From the NCBI GenBank assembly GCA_963662795.1, contig OY759746.1:2880001-2944000 (forward strand): a stretch of 64,000 bases of DNA, given 5' to 3'. The translations under genes were made by a program, and so were the position numbers. Numbering within the stretch: position 1 is the first letter of the stretch; each line of letters begins with the position of its first letter. Shown piece after piece: positions 9,193 through 19,506 of this stretch. Origin of the DNA: Spirochaetia bacterium (GTDB taxonomy: Bacteria; Spirochaetota; Spirochaetia; CADAEX01). The notes beneath the pieces were generated by a model. It saw only the letters and a program-made list of their open reading frames with translations, was not told the DNA's origin and did not search any database.

Positions 9193-10170
9193 ATGTCTGA
9201 AAAAACACTTTATAGCCGGATTAAAGAAATACGCAGGATAAAATCAATATTTACGTCAGTTTCAGCCCTTCCTTTTCTGGTATTGCTTATATCTCTTATA
9301 ACAGTTGCTGCAGCATATTACCTCTCATCTGAGCAGGTCTATTTTATATATGATCCTTATACAATTGAAACATCAGGTATGGGATTAAAAGATATAAGAA
9401 AAAAAGGGATCAGGGAGCGGGTCGATTTTACATTTTTTGAAACAACTTACAGTGAGTTTGACAAATTCTATAGTGTTTTTTCCCGCCGGGATGACGGTAA
9501 AAAAAGGATTGTCCTTACATCGCATCTTTATTCGATGATTAAAAATGAAGAAACTTATGCTTCTTTTTTAAAAAACAGAAGAGTTTATTTATTCGGGCCA
9601 CTTTTTGATTATAATACTGATGAGGAATCAGGTATCAGCGTTTCCCCGGAATTTTCAGAAAAAAAGGGGTTATCAGGTATCTGGAGCGGTATTGAAAAAG
9701 TTTTTTTCCTTCTTCCGCAGGATGTTTATGGAAAAGAAGAAAATACTGAACCTGAAAAACAGCTGATTTCCTGGTTGAAAGAGAGTTTTATTGCAGTTAA
9801 CCCTGAAGGAAAGACATATTTCCAATTACTGGATGAAGACATTATAGCACAGGCAGATCTTCCTCACAGGTCTGAAAGAGACTTATCAGCTCTTTCTGTG
9901 TTGTGCATAAGGTCCTTAAACAGCAATTCAGGAAGTCTGATTGAAAATTATCACGCTAATATGATGATTTTCGATTTTATCAACATAAAAAACCTCCCGA
10001 CTCCCATTAAACCGGCAGCCCCTTTAAAGACAGCTATTGCAGGATTATTGAGCTATGATTATAATCTTTCCCTGCAAAGGATTATTTTTCCTGTAAAAGG
10101 GGCAATTATGTCAGGTATGGTAAATTATCATCCTGTTTTTACATTGAGGGTTATCGGTCAAAAAAAATAA
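9193..10170 (+). CDS. Hypothetical membrane-anchored protein
   Basis: 325-aa ORF with one N-terminal transmembrane helix; no motif recognised. Confidence 0.6.
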   Translation: MSEKTLYSRIKEIRRIKSIFTSVSALPFLVLLISLITVAAAYYLSSEQVYFIYDPYTIETSGMGLKDIRKKGIRERVDFTFFETTYSEFDKFYSVFSRRDDGKKRIVLTSHLYSMIKNEETYASFLKNRRVYLFGPLFDYNTDEESGISVSPEFSEKKGLSGIWSGIEKVFFLLPQDVYGKEENTEPEKQLISWLKESFIAVNPEGKTYFQLLDEDIIAQADLPHRSERDLSALSVLCIRSLNSNSGSLIENYHANMMIFDFINIKNLPTPIKPAAPLKTAIAGLLSYDYNLSLQRIIFPVKGAIMSGMVNYHPVFTLRVIGQKK

Positions 10171-10175
10171 AATAT

Positions 10176-10204
10176 TTGACAAAGAATCCTGTAAGAAATA
10201 TAAT
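10176..10204 (+). promoter_or_regulatory. Sigma70 promoter of the flaA pair
   Basis: Perfect TTGACA-N17-TATAAT. Confidence 0.85.
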
Positions 10205-10246
10205 CAAATCTAAGTAAGATATAAGCGGTATTTTTCGCAAAAGGAG

Positions 10247-10981
10247 ATGGTAATGACACGAGCCGGCCTGATTTTTGGCTTATTTATTTTGATGTCTGTG
10301 CTACTCGCTTTACCGGTTACGGCTGATGAAGAAACAGAAAACTTGGTTTCAAGCATTCTGGATGATTTTGATAACCCGGATCAGAGCAAGTGGATAATAG
10401 TTGGTAGTAAGTTTACTACCGAAGGATACCCTAAAACAGCTTATCCAGTTACCTGGCCAGCGGCGTTATACGGGTCCAACAAGGAAGGCAAGGAATACAA
10501 GGTTTTGGGGATTAACGGAAAGTTTGACCGGATGGGATATAATTATATAGAATTGATACCTGACAGAAAGAACGAGAAAGGCGAATATACAGGTATTCCT
10601 ATTCCCGGAAGATGCAAGGTCCTTGACCTGTGGACATGGGGATCAAACTATGATTATTATCTTGAAGCTCATTTAACCGATTACAGGGGAGTAACACACG
10701 TTCTTCCGCTCGGTAATCTTAATTATGAAGGCTGGAAAAATCTGAAAGTTCAAATACCCGGGTACATCCCCCAGGGAAGGACATATATTCCTAAATTAAA
10801 ACAGCTCAGCCTTGTTAAACTTGTAATGTGGACAAGACCTGCTGAGAGGGTAGATGATTTTTATATCTATTTTGATCAGATCAAGGTTCTTACAGATGTA
10901 TTTATATCCCGGTTTGACGGTGATGATCTGTCCCAGCCAGAAACTGTTCAGGAAATCTGGGCTGATGCGGGAGGAAAATGA
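10247..10981 (+). CDS. flaA: Flagellar filament outer layer (sheath) protein FlaA family
   Basis: Signal peptide; LDLWTWGSNYDYYLE...LGNLNYEGWKNL...FYIYFDQIKVLTD FlaA pattern. Confidence 0.9.
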   Translation: MVMTRAGLIFGLFILMSVLLALPVTADEETENLVSSILDDFDNPDQSKWIIVGSKFTTEGYPKTAYPVTWPAALYGSNKEGKEYKVLGINGKFDRMGYNYIELIPDRKNEKGEYTGIPIPGRCKVLDLWTWGSNYDYYLEAHLTDYRGVTHVLPLGNLNYEGWKNLKVQIPGYIPQGRTYIPKLKQLSLVKLVMWTRPAERVDDFYIYFDQIKVLTDVFISRFDGDDLSQPETVQEIWADAGGK

Positions 10982-11697
10982 TGAAAAAAATAATGATTGC
11001 ATTGATATTGGTACTTGTTTTTTCAGGATCAGCAGCGATTTTTGCCCAGACACGGGAAGCCGGAGAACCTGTTCCGGAAAACATCGGTGTTGACTCTGCC
11101 CAGCAGAAACTCAAGGAAGTTTCCATTACCAAGTTTGAAGATCCAGCTTTTTTCTATACATCAATGTCCCGTGACGAGGGATTTGTTATTACAAGAAAAC
11201 TTCCAGGCTCACCTCTTGAAAAAGCTCCGATAGAAGATGAGGAACAGCTTGGAATTAATGAAGAAGATAAATATGTTCTGGGTTTAAAGGTTCATTATGA
11301 CAGAAGGGGTGTCAATTCCTTCGCTGTAATGCCGGTAAAACCTCTTCCTATACCTGGAGTAACAAAAACCATCTCAGTATGGGTTGCCGGAAGAAACAAC
11401 AATCATGTTTTAAGTATTATTCTGCTTGATTTTTTCAATAATCCGCAAGAGCTTGTTGTAGGTAAAATGAATTTCTCAGGCTGGAAAAAACTTACTGTAG
11501 CTGTTCCTCCGAATATTATTCAGAGGGATTTTCACTATGCAAATGTAAACGGGATAAAATTCGCAGGTTTCAGGGTAGACTGTGATCCGGTCGATACCTA
11601 TGGAGTTTACTATGCGTATTTTGATGATCTCAGGGTTGTAACTGACCTCTTTTCGGAAGAGAGCAGGGATATTGATGATATGGCAGACGGCTGGTGA
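10978..11697 (+). CDS. flaA: Flagellar filament outer layer protein FlaA family (second paralogue)
   Basis: Signal peptide; PIPGVTKTISVWVAGRN...KMNFSGWKKL...YFDDLRVVTD; overlaps the upstream flaA stop. Confidence 0.9.
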   Translation: MMKKIMIALILVLVFSGSAAIFAQTREAGEPVPENIGVDSAQQKLKEVSITKFEDPAFFYTSMSRDEGFVITRKLPGSPLEKAPIEDEEQLGINEEDKYVLGLKVHYDRRGVNSFAVMPVKPLPIPGVTKTISVWVAGRNNNHVLSIILLDFFNNPQELVVGKMNFSGWKKLTVAVPPNIIQRDFHYANVNGIKFAGFRVDCDPVDTYGVYYAYFDDLRVVTDLFSEESRDIDDMADGW

Positions 11698-11752
11698 TAA
11701 GCTGTAAAACAAGGATCGGGCTGATTTAATATCGCCCGGCATAAAAAAGGGG

Positions 11753-11790
11753 GGCTGTCCAGATGCATTAGCATGGACAGCTTTTTTTTG
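11753..11790 (+). terminator. Intrinsic terminator after flaA genes
   Basis: GGCTGTCCA...TGGACAGCT followed by a T-tract. Confidence 0.7.
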
Positions 11791-11875
11791 TTTTCCGCAC
11801 AGTATGGCATTAACTTTTTATTAGTGATATATTGGGTTTAGTGTTGACATTGAGTTTATTTACTGGAGAAATCAA

Positions 11876-12253
11876 GTGCAGATTGATATTGGGGCAGGAA
11901 CAGTGATTGGAGCAAATTCTGTTTTTGAAGGCAGATTCGCTGTAAAAGGTAATCTCAGAATAGATGGAAGATTTGAAGGGACCGCCCTTCGTGTTGACCA
12001 GCTTCAGGTAGGCCCTGAAGGAAAAGTTAAGGCAGACATAACAGCTACCAATGTTGTAGTTGAGGGTATTGTAATCGGCAATATTACTGCCACGACAAGA
12101 ATATTACTTCTTTCAACGGCAAGGGTATTGGGAGACTTAAGGACTCCTGAACTTATCATACAGGACGGTGTTGTTCTTGAAGGAAAATGCACCATCAGCA
12201 GGATGGAGCTTGACAGTACAAAGGATTATATCGAAAAACTTTATAAGAAATAG
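11876..12253 (+). CDS. Bactofilin (polymer-forming cytoskeletal protein)
   Basis: TVIGANSVFEG...LRIDGRFEG...VVVEGIVIGNI...LIIQDGVVLEGKC beta-helix pattern; GTG start with GGAG RBS. Confidence 0.9.
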   Translation: MQIDIGAGTVIGANSVFEGRFAVKGNLRIDGRFEGTALRVDQLQVGPEGKVKADITATNVVVEGIVIGNITATTRILLLSTARVLGDLRTPELIIQDGVVLEGKCTISRMELDSTKDYIEKLYKK

Positions 12254-13460
12254 GGTTTTTAAATCCCTAAGGACTTCGGCTTTTTTCCTTTTATTTATTA
12301 TTGCAGCTTTGCCGGTTAAAGCGCAGCAGCTTGTTTTCAGCCCCTCCGCAGCCGGTGTTTATAAGAAAAGAACTGTATATAACCTTAGAATAAAGGAAAA
12401 CAGCACTTATAAAGGTTCTGTATACAGAGAGGTCAGGGAAAAATACTCACTTGTCTCGGAAGAAAATAATATAAAAACATTTGAAGGCAATACTTTCGTT
12501 TTTGAAGAACTTAAAAATGAAGGAAGAGATAAAGCCGGAAAGATTGATGATACGATTGAAGGCAGCTTTATTCTCTCTCCTGACGGGTCAATAAAAAGGG
12601 GAGCCGGCAGCAGTTTCCCTTTTTTAACCGGCTTTCCTGTTTATCCGGCTGATACATCGCTGAAACAGGATCAGATGTGGACTTCCACGGGCGATATTCT
12701 GACCGATCCGCTTAAAAAAGGAATTTACACAAGAGTCAGGTTTATCTGCCAGTATAAATATGACGGATTAACACGTTTCAAGGGGCTTGATGTTCATCAG
12801 GTTTCGGCGCAGTATGCCGTCCGCTATAAAAAGGGGGATGACCCGGAAGGTGATAAAGCGCTGATTGATATATCCGGCAGCCATAAGGCTGTAATCTATC
12901 TCACTGCCCTTGAAGGACTCCCTTATTTTATACAGGATAATATTGATGAGACATACCGCTATTCTGACCTCACTTACAGCCAGAAAGGGTTTTCGCATAC
13001 CTGGTACACCGATGTTATTCCGATGAAAAGGGGTGATGTCAAGGAAGAGATTTTCCGGGCCATGACAGACAGCGGACTTGAAAGTGACGGTTATTCAGTT
13101 GAGGAGAAAAGAGAAGGAGTATCCCTTACAGTCAATAAAATTCACTTTGTCCCTGACAGCGATCAGCTCCTGCCGGGAGAGGATAAAAAAATCCGGACCA
13201 TTGCAGGTGTGCTGCTTAAAATCCCGGAAAGAAGTTTTCTTGTTACAGGCCATACTGCCGATGTGGGAAGCGCTGAAAGCCAGCTTGAACTTTCTGTCAG
13301 CAGGGCCCAAAAGATTGCGCAGATGCTCGTTTTATACGGCATAGGGCCTGATAAACTGATATATAAAGGAATGGGGGGAAAAGAGCCTGTTTCAGACAAC
13401 AGCAGCGAAGAGGGAAGGGCAAAAAACCGGCGTGTCGAAATTATCATCCTTGAAGATTAA
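12168..13460 (+). CDS. OmpA-family peptidoglycan-binding protein
   Basis: C-terminal IHFVPDS...TGHTAD...LSVSRA...GRAKNRRVEI OmpA domain and signal-peptide-like segment. The true start is probably downstream of 12168. Confidence 0.85.
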   Translation: MLFLKENAPSAGWSLTVQRIISKNFIRNRVFKSLRTSAFFLLFIIAALPVKAQQLVFSPSAAGVYKKRTVYNLRIKENSTYKGSVYREVREKYSLVSEENNIKTFEGNTFVFEELKNEGRDKAGKIDDTIEGSFILSPDGSIKRGAGSSFPFLTGFPVYPADTSLKQDQMWTSTGDILTDPLKKGIYTRVRFICQYKYDGLTRFKGLDVHQVSAQYAVRYKKGDDPEGDKALIDISGSHKAVIYLTALEGLPYFIQDNIDETYRYSDLTYSQKGFSHTWYTDVIPMKRGDVKEEIFRAMTDSGLESDGYSVEEKREGVSLTVNKIHFVPDSDQLLPGEDKKIRTIAGVLLKIPERSFLVTGHTADVGSAESQLELSVSRAQKIAQMLVLYGIGPDKLIYKGMGGKEPVSDNSSEEGRAKNRRVEIIILED

Positions 13461-13497
13461 AAAAGGGGGAGAGTCGTTTGAAAACGGCTTCTCCCCG
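13461..13497. terminator. Bidirectional terminator between OmpA gene and eno
   Basis: GGGGAGAGTCGTT...AACGGCTTCTCCCC hairpin between convergent genes. Confidence 0.7.
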
Positions 13498-13516
13498 TGT
13501 ATGAAATACTTATCTG

Positions 13517-14893
<1,377 letters not shown>

Positions 14894-15011
14894 TTAATGA
14901 TATTCCCCCCTCGCCGCTGTATGATATATCCTGTATCTCCCGGGATTTGAAGCAGATTTCCGCTTTCCCTGTATATTACATAGTATAGTAGTAAACTGGA
15001 GGAAAGGGATT

Positions 15012-15395
15012 ATGGGAGAAGCTTTAATGAAGGAAGAGCAGCTTGAGGCTATAGGAGATTATATCAAAAAGCACATAGCGGACTGGATAAAGGAATACAA
15101 TGTCCTGCCTTTCCCTACAGGAGGAGCTGCGCCTCAGGCTGAAGTACGTGGATTTGATATTTCCCTTACTGAAAGGATTATCAGGGTAGAAGAAGCCATT
15201 AAGCATCAGGGTGAACTTATTGAAAAGATACTCCACCAGATGGACAAGCGGTTTGAGCAGATTGACAGGAGATTTGAACAGGTAGACAAGAGATTCGAAG
15301 ATATGAATAAACGGGTCATCCAGATGTTTATTTACCTGACGACTATATTTATCGTGATAGGAACGCTTGTTTCCGTATTCGGTTTAGTGAAATAA
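15012..15395 (+). CDS. Small coiled-coil repeat protein with C-terminal membrane anchor (Bdr/DUF1640-like architecture)
   Basis: LTERIIRVEE, then heptads MDKRFEQ-IDRRFEQ-VDKRFED-MNKR, then a hydrophobic C-terminus. Confidence 0.75.
   Translation: MGEALMKEEQLEAIGDYIKKHIADWIKEYNVLPFPTGGAAPQAEVRGFDISLTERIIRVEEAIKHQGELIEKILHQMDKRFEQIDRRFEQVDKRFEDMNKRVIQMFIYLTTIFIVIGTLVSVFGLVK
15240..15314 (+). repeat. Degenerate 21-nt tandem repeat (3.5 copies) encoding xDKRFEx heptads
   Basis: atggacaagcggtttgagcag / attgacaggagatttgaacag / gtagacaagagattcgaagat / atgaataaacgg. Confidence 0.75.
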
Positions 15396-15396
15396 A

Positions 15397-15815
15397 TTAT
15401 AGCCCTTCAGGGTAATTTTTTATCTTTTCCCACATTCTTAACCCATTGATATTGAAGAAGTGTGTGTCAAAAGTAATTAACTTGGCACCTGTTTCTATTG
15501 CGTGGGCGGCTTTCCAGATATCGTTCAGCGGTATCATTTTGCCCTTTCTGCTTAATTCAGATTTGATTTCTCCGAATATTTCTGATGTCCCAATAGTGAC
15601 GTTAATTATTGTTACACTTTCTTTACCCAGGAAAGTTTTAAGTTCATTTTTATTTTCTGAGAATTTTTTTTGCCCCCGCTGAATCCGGCAAAAAGCTCTC
15701 CAGGCATAACAGTAGAAATATAAATAATTTCTGATTCTGCAATCTAATCAAAAACCAGCTGATTTCCAGTCATGAAATTGCTGTAGGCATTTGTATCAAG
15801 CAGTATTTTTGTCAT
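15397..15815 (-). pseudogene. vapC: VapC/PIN toxin pseudogene
   Basis: MTKILLDTNAYS... has an in-frame TAG at 15744-15746, continues ...GELFAGF..., shifts frame at the A8 run (15664-15671), then reads ...KGKMIPLNDIWKAAHAIETGAKLITFDTHF...; PIN acidic motifs are recognisable. Confidence 0.88.
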
Positions 15816-15820
15816 TATTG

Positions 15821-15976
15821 CTAATCTGCCCCGTTCACTTTTTCCAAATCAGATAATAATGTGTCATGCAGTATTTGTTTAACAGTGCGGTTCTGGCTCA
15901 AGCCGTATTCTTTAGATTTTTCGGATATTTTTTTATCGAGATTGCTGTCAATACCATGAATTGTTATTGATTTCAT
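15821..15976 (-). pseudogene. Ribbon-helix-helix antitoxin (VapB/FitA-like), probably truncated
   Basis: MKSITIHGIDSNLDKKISEKSKEYGLSQNRTVKQILHDTLLSDLEKVNGAD* with GGGAGG RBS. The TAG lies two codons before a TAATG overlap with the vapC start. Confidence 0.7.
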
Positions 15977-16032
15977 TTGAATCCTCCCGTGAACCACTTT
16001 TTAATCATATTATAGTTCATAATAAGTATGTT

Positions 16033-16713
16033 TTATTCCCTCATCAAGCCGTATTCCTTAAGGACAGGTGCGATATCTGTTATGTAGCGAACTGATTTTA
16101 TGCCGGGGCTGGGCTGCCTGTTTTCTCCTTTCTCGCAGATGAGGATAGAGTTGCCCCCGATTGAACGGAAGACTTCTGTAAAGCGGGGAATATCGTCAAT
16201 AAACAGGACTTCTGACGGAGAGATCTTTAAAAAATCAAGTGCATTCTCAAAGGCTGAAAGGTTCGGTTTCCCCCTGTAATTGTTGAATACAAGGTCAAAA
16301 ATATTTTCGAAATATCCACTTATTTCAAGGTATTCAGTAACATTAAGGGCATGCTGTGCCCATGAGTTTGTAAGGATTGAGCACGGAACAGTAACCTTTG
16401 AAAGCATTTCGGCAAGAAGGGGGTTTTGGGGGAAAAAACCGGTGAAATCTGTCGGATGTACTGCCATGAAGAATGCCTCGATACCCTCATCTTTAAGCCC
16501 TTTGCCCCGCCTCAGCCAGTCAAGCGTTGAATCATAGCTCCTGTCCCGTCCCGCCCTTAAGCGTGAGGCCTCTTTTACCGTAACATTAAGGAATCCGGCA
16601 GTGAAAATGTTCATTCTCCTTATCATTTCGGCTTCAATACGGGAAGAGGCCGGATACAGGGTCTGGTCAGCGTCAAAGAGTATATATTTAATCATATAAA
16701 GGGATTTGAGCAT
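16033..16713 (-). CDS. HAD-superfamily hydrolase (pyrimidine 5'-nucleotidase-like)
   Basis: LFDADQTLY motif I, ILTNS, GKP and LFIDD motifs; start may be 16695. Confidence 0.85.
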   Translation of the reverse strand: MLKSLYMIKYILFDADQTLYPASSRIEAEMIRRMNIFTAGFLNVTVKEASRLRAGRDRSYDSTLDWLRRGKGLKDEGIEAFFMAVHPTDFTGFFPQNPLLAEMLSKVTVPCSILTNSWAQHALNVTEYLEISGYFENIFDLVFNNYRGKPNLSAFENALDFLKISPSEVLFIDDIPRFTEVFRSIGGNSILICEKGENRQPSPGIKSVRYITDIAPVLKEYGLMRE

Positions 16714-16780
16714 TAAAAAGGCAATAATTCAACAATTTACGGCAATAATTTTGCTTAAATTATTATTTTTTTAATTTTTC

Positions 16781-16809
16781 TTGACTTTAAAAATTAACAT
16801 TGATATAAT
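16781..16809 (+). promoter_or_regulatory. Sigma70 promoter of outer-membrane protein gene
   Basis: TTGACT-N17-TATAAT. Confidence 0.75.
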
Positions 16810-16882
16810 TTTTTTCGATAGATATTAAGGGAGTTTATTCAGGCTGTGAGCTTGAATCCCAATTATTAAAAGGAGAAGTAAG

Positions 16883-18034
16883 ATGAAAAAATATTTCGTT
16901 CTTGCACTTGCTCTAATTGCTTTCGCAGTTGCTCCTGTAATGGCTGAAGTTGCTATTTCCGGTGAATACGATTTTTCAGCAGCATGGAATACTGGCGATC
17001 AGGAGTATGCTTCTAAGACAGACAAGATGGAATTTGATGTAAAGGCTGTTATGGATGACTACAACACTTTCAAGTTCGAATTGGAAGAAGGCGGTCTGGA
17101 TTTAGCTGAAGGTAAAAATTCTATTCTTGATGAACCGCTTACACTTAACTATGCTCATGTTATTACAGACTGGGGCAAATATTTCGGAACAGCAGACAAG
17201 GGTTTCGGAATTGTATCAAGTGTTGGTCTTTACAACTACGGATATTCAGAAACTGTAGATTTTACAGGCTATGAACTTGAATATTCAGATGCTGCATACC
17301 TCACAAAAAATGATGCAATGAGACTTGATTTCGACATCATGGGTATTGTAAAACCTTATTTTGCTATGAATTTTGACACATACTCAGATAATGGTACTAG
17401 CTGGCTGATTGGATCAACAGTTGATTACGCACCAGTATTTGTAGAAGTATATTACATGTCAGATGGCGATTTTACAGATGTTGACGGCAAAGAAGTTCTT
17501 AACAGCATGTTCGGCCTTGAAGCTATGTATACCGGCGAAGTTGCTGACGGTGTTGAACTTACAGCAGGTGGTTATTTCAGAATGACAAAAAGCTATGCTG
17601 AAATTGATGAAGACGCAATGCTTGACGAATCATGGTCAAAGTACGGCGTAGCTGCTGGAGTAAGCGCATACGGCGCGACAGTTAACCTTGGCCTGAACGG
17701 TTTATTCCTTGGTTCAGACGCTGCTGATGTTATGGACGGAAGCTATGCTCTTGCAAACCTCGGCCTTGACGCAACATACGCTGTTCTTGAATGGCTTGAT
17801 GTAAATGCAGGTATGCTCTTTGCAATGGGCGACTATGCAACAGATTTCACAAATGATGAATCATTCCTCGGAATGGAATTCGGCGTTGCTGTAAAACCTG
17901 GAAAAGGCATTTACAGACTCGGTTATATTTCTATGAACGAAGATGCTCTGGGTGCTTATTCACCTCTTTTTGCTGATGCAACACCTGCATCCATGAAGGG
18001 CGGTATCTACTTCAAAACAGAAGTTAACTACTAA
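16883..18034 (+). CDS. Putative major outer-membrane beta-barrel protein/porin
   Basis: Signal peptide (…APVMA/EV), Gly/aromatic-rich amphipathic strands, terminal YFKTEVNY beta-signal, strong RBS, own promoter and terminator. Confidence 0.7.
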   Translation: MKKYFVLALALIAFAVAPVMAEVAISGEYDFSAAWNTGDQEYASKTDKMEFDVKAVMDDYNTFKFELEEGGLDLAEGKNSILDEPLTLNYAHVITDWGKYFGTADKGFGIVSSVGLYNYGYSETVDFTGYELEYSDAAYLTKNDAMRLDFDIMGIVKPYFAMNFDTYSDNGTSWLIGSTVDYAPVFVEVYYMSDGDFTDVDGKEVLNSMFGLEAMYTGEVADGVELTAGGYFRMTKSYAEIDEDAMLDESWSKYGVAAGVSAYGATVNLGLNGLFLGSDAADVMDGSYALANLGLDATYAVLEWLDVNAGMLFAMGDYATDFTNDESFLGMEFGVAVKPGKGIYRLGYISMNEDALGAYSPLFADATPASMKGGIYFKTEVNY

Positions 18035-18053
18035 GATTGTTTGTTAATTTAAT

Positions 18054-18087
18054 AAAAAGGTTGCATTCTTCGGGTGCAGCCTTTTTT
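18054..18087 (+). terminator. Intrinsic terminator (likely bidirectional)
   Basis: AAAAAGGTTGCATTC-TTCG-GGTGCAGCCTTTTTT. Confidence 0.85.
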
Positions 18088-18114
18088 GTTTTTTAAATCT
18101 GAGTAAAACTTAAT

Positions 18115-18759
18115 TTATCTTCTTCTGTTTCTTTTATTCAGTCTGAAATCGTAGTTGAATTTTAACTCTCCGGCCTCAAGGTTGTCCTGGGTTAAAAATG
18201 TGAGAGTAAGTTCTCCATTTCCCTTATCTTTCATTGCTCCCATAAATACAAGGTATCCTTTCGCCTCGCTGTTCCCTTCAATATTTTTTACATCCCCGAG
18301 CATGAACATTTTTGCAATACGCTCCTGTTTAATTCTGTTACTTCCCTTTTCTGTAAGTTCTTCGATCTGCATTTCCATTGCGGATTTTGACATCGGCCTG
18401 TATCTTTTGTCGTTGTAATAAAACTCAACATCCCGGATATCAAGCTTTAAAGGGGCTCCATCATTGTTTAGGATTTTAAGCTCGAAGATAATAGCGTACT
18501 GTGGTGTGAAAATATAGGGAGGGGCTAGAAACGGGTTACCGTCTTTACCGTGCCTTGTTTCAATAGCGGCTCTGTCAAGGTAGCGGCATTCTACTATTAT
18601 TCCGTTATTCTCGCTTCTTTGCAGGGCAGGATTTTCTGCGACATGGTAAACGGCCGAGGACTGGCAGGATACAAGCATCGCAAAACTATAGATAAGAAGT
18701 GCGGCTGTAAGTAACAAATTGACTGTTCTTTTTTTCCCCTCTGAAAAGTATTTATTCAT
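18115..18759 (-). CDS. Hypothetical lipoprotein
   Basis: Lipobox MLVS-C after a hydrophobic stretch; beta-rich Ig-like body. Confidence 0.65.
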   Translation of the reverse strand: MNKYFSEGKKRTVNLLLTAALLIYSFAMLVSCQSSAVYHVAENPALQRSENNGIIVECRYLDRAAIETRHGKDGNPFLAPPYIFTPQYAIIFELKILNNDGAPLKLDIRDVEFYYNDKRYRPMSKSAMEMQIEELTEKGSNRIKQERIAKMFMLGDVKNIEGNSEAKGYLVFMGAMKDKGNGELTLTFLTQDNLEAGELKFNYDFRLNKRNRRR

Positions 18760-18976
18760 TCATAACCTCTCTTGAATTATTTTTTTAACTTTATATTTAA
18801 TAAACTTTTTTGTCAAAGCGCCTTTTGCAGTGTAAAGAGAAAAAAAAGATAACATCAGGCGGTACATGGATAACAGACACAGGTATTAAAAATAAGCAGT
18901 TTTTTTGCCTTGAATTATGAATCAGGTCGTCTTTTTCTCCGGTTATTTTGAATATAAATAAAAACGGAGGGAAAAG

Positions 18977-19414
18977 ATGAATAATTTAAATTCCATACTT
19001 GTCGAGGGAAATCTGACAAGAGACCCTGTTTATTCTGAAACGACTAAAGGGAAAAGCGTCTGCTCGTTTAATATCGCTACCAACCGGTATTATAAACAGG
19101 AGGAGGAATTCCAGAATGAGGTCTCATACCTCGATGTAGAGACGTGGGCAAGGCTTGCAGACGCATGCAGGGACCATCTTGCGAAAGGAAGAGGCGTGAG
19201 GATTGTCGGCAGGGTAAAGCAGGACAGGTGGGTGGACCAGGAAGGAAAGAATAAATCACGGTTTAAAATCGTTGCCGAGCATGTTGAGTTCAAGCCCTGC
19301 AAAAAAAGCGAAGGAGAAGCAGGAGAGGATGATAGCGCGTTAACTGACGCGGCAGATGCTGAAGAAACTGCCGGAGCGGAAGCGCAGGAAGAGGTCCAGG
19401 CCATAGAAGTATAG
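18977..19414 (+). CDS. ssb: Single-stranded DNA-binding protein
   Basis: LNSILVEGNLTRDP...FNIATNR...KGRGVRIVGRVKQDRW...VAEHVEF; acidic tail without the usual DDIPF end. Confidence 0.93.
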   Translation: MNNLNSILVEGNLTRDPVYSETTKGKSVCSFNIATNRYYKQEEEFQNEVSYLDVETWARLADACRDHLAKGRGVRIVGRVKQDRWVDQEGKNKSRFKIVAEHVEFKPCKKSEGEAGEDDSALTDAADAEETAGAEAQEEVQAIEV

Positions 19415-19506
19415 GTTATATTTAAACTGGTTTCATATAACTCCGGTATTTAAACAAATACATAAAAAATACTGGAGTTTTTTTTTATTTAAAATATAAT
19501 GGGCTG

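Noticed and set aside
15446-15682. 78-aa plus-strand ORF
   Set aside because: Shadow of the vapC pseudogene on the opposite strand.
15744-15823. TAG read-through or recoding suggested by in-frame TAGs in vapB, vapC and the PP2C gene
   Set aside because: The same loci also carry frameshifts or deletions, and TAG is the normal stop of intact genes (ssb, glmS, trpE, trpA).
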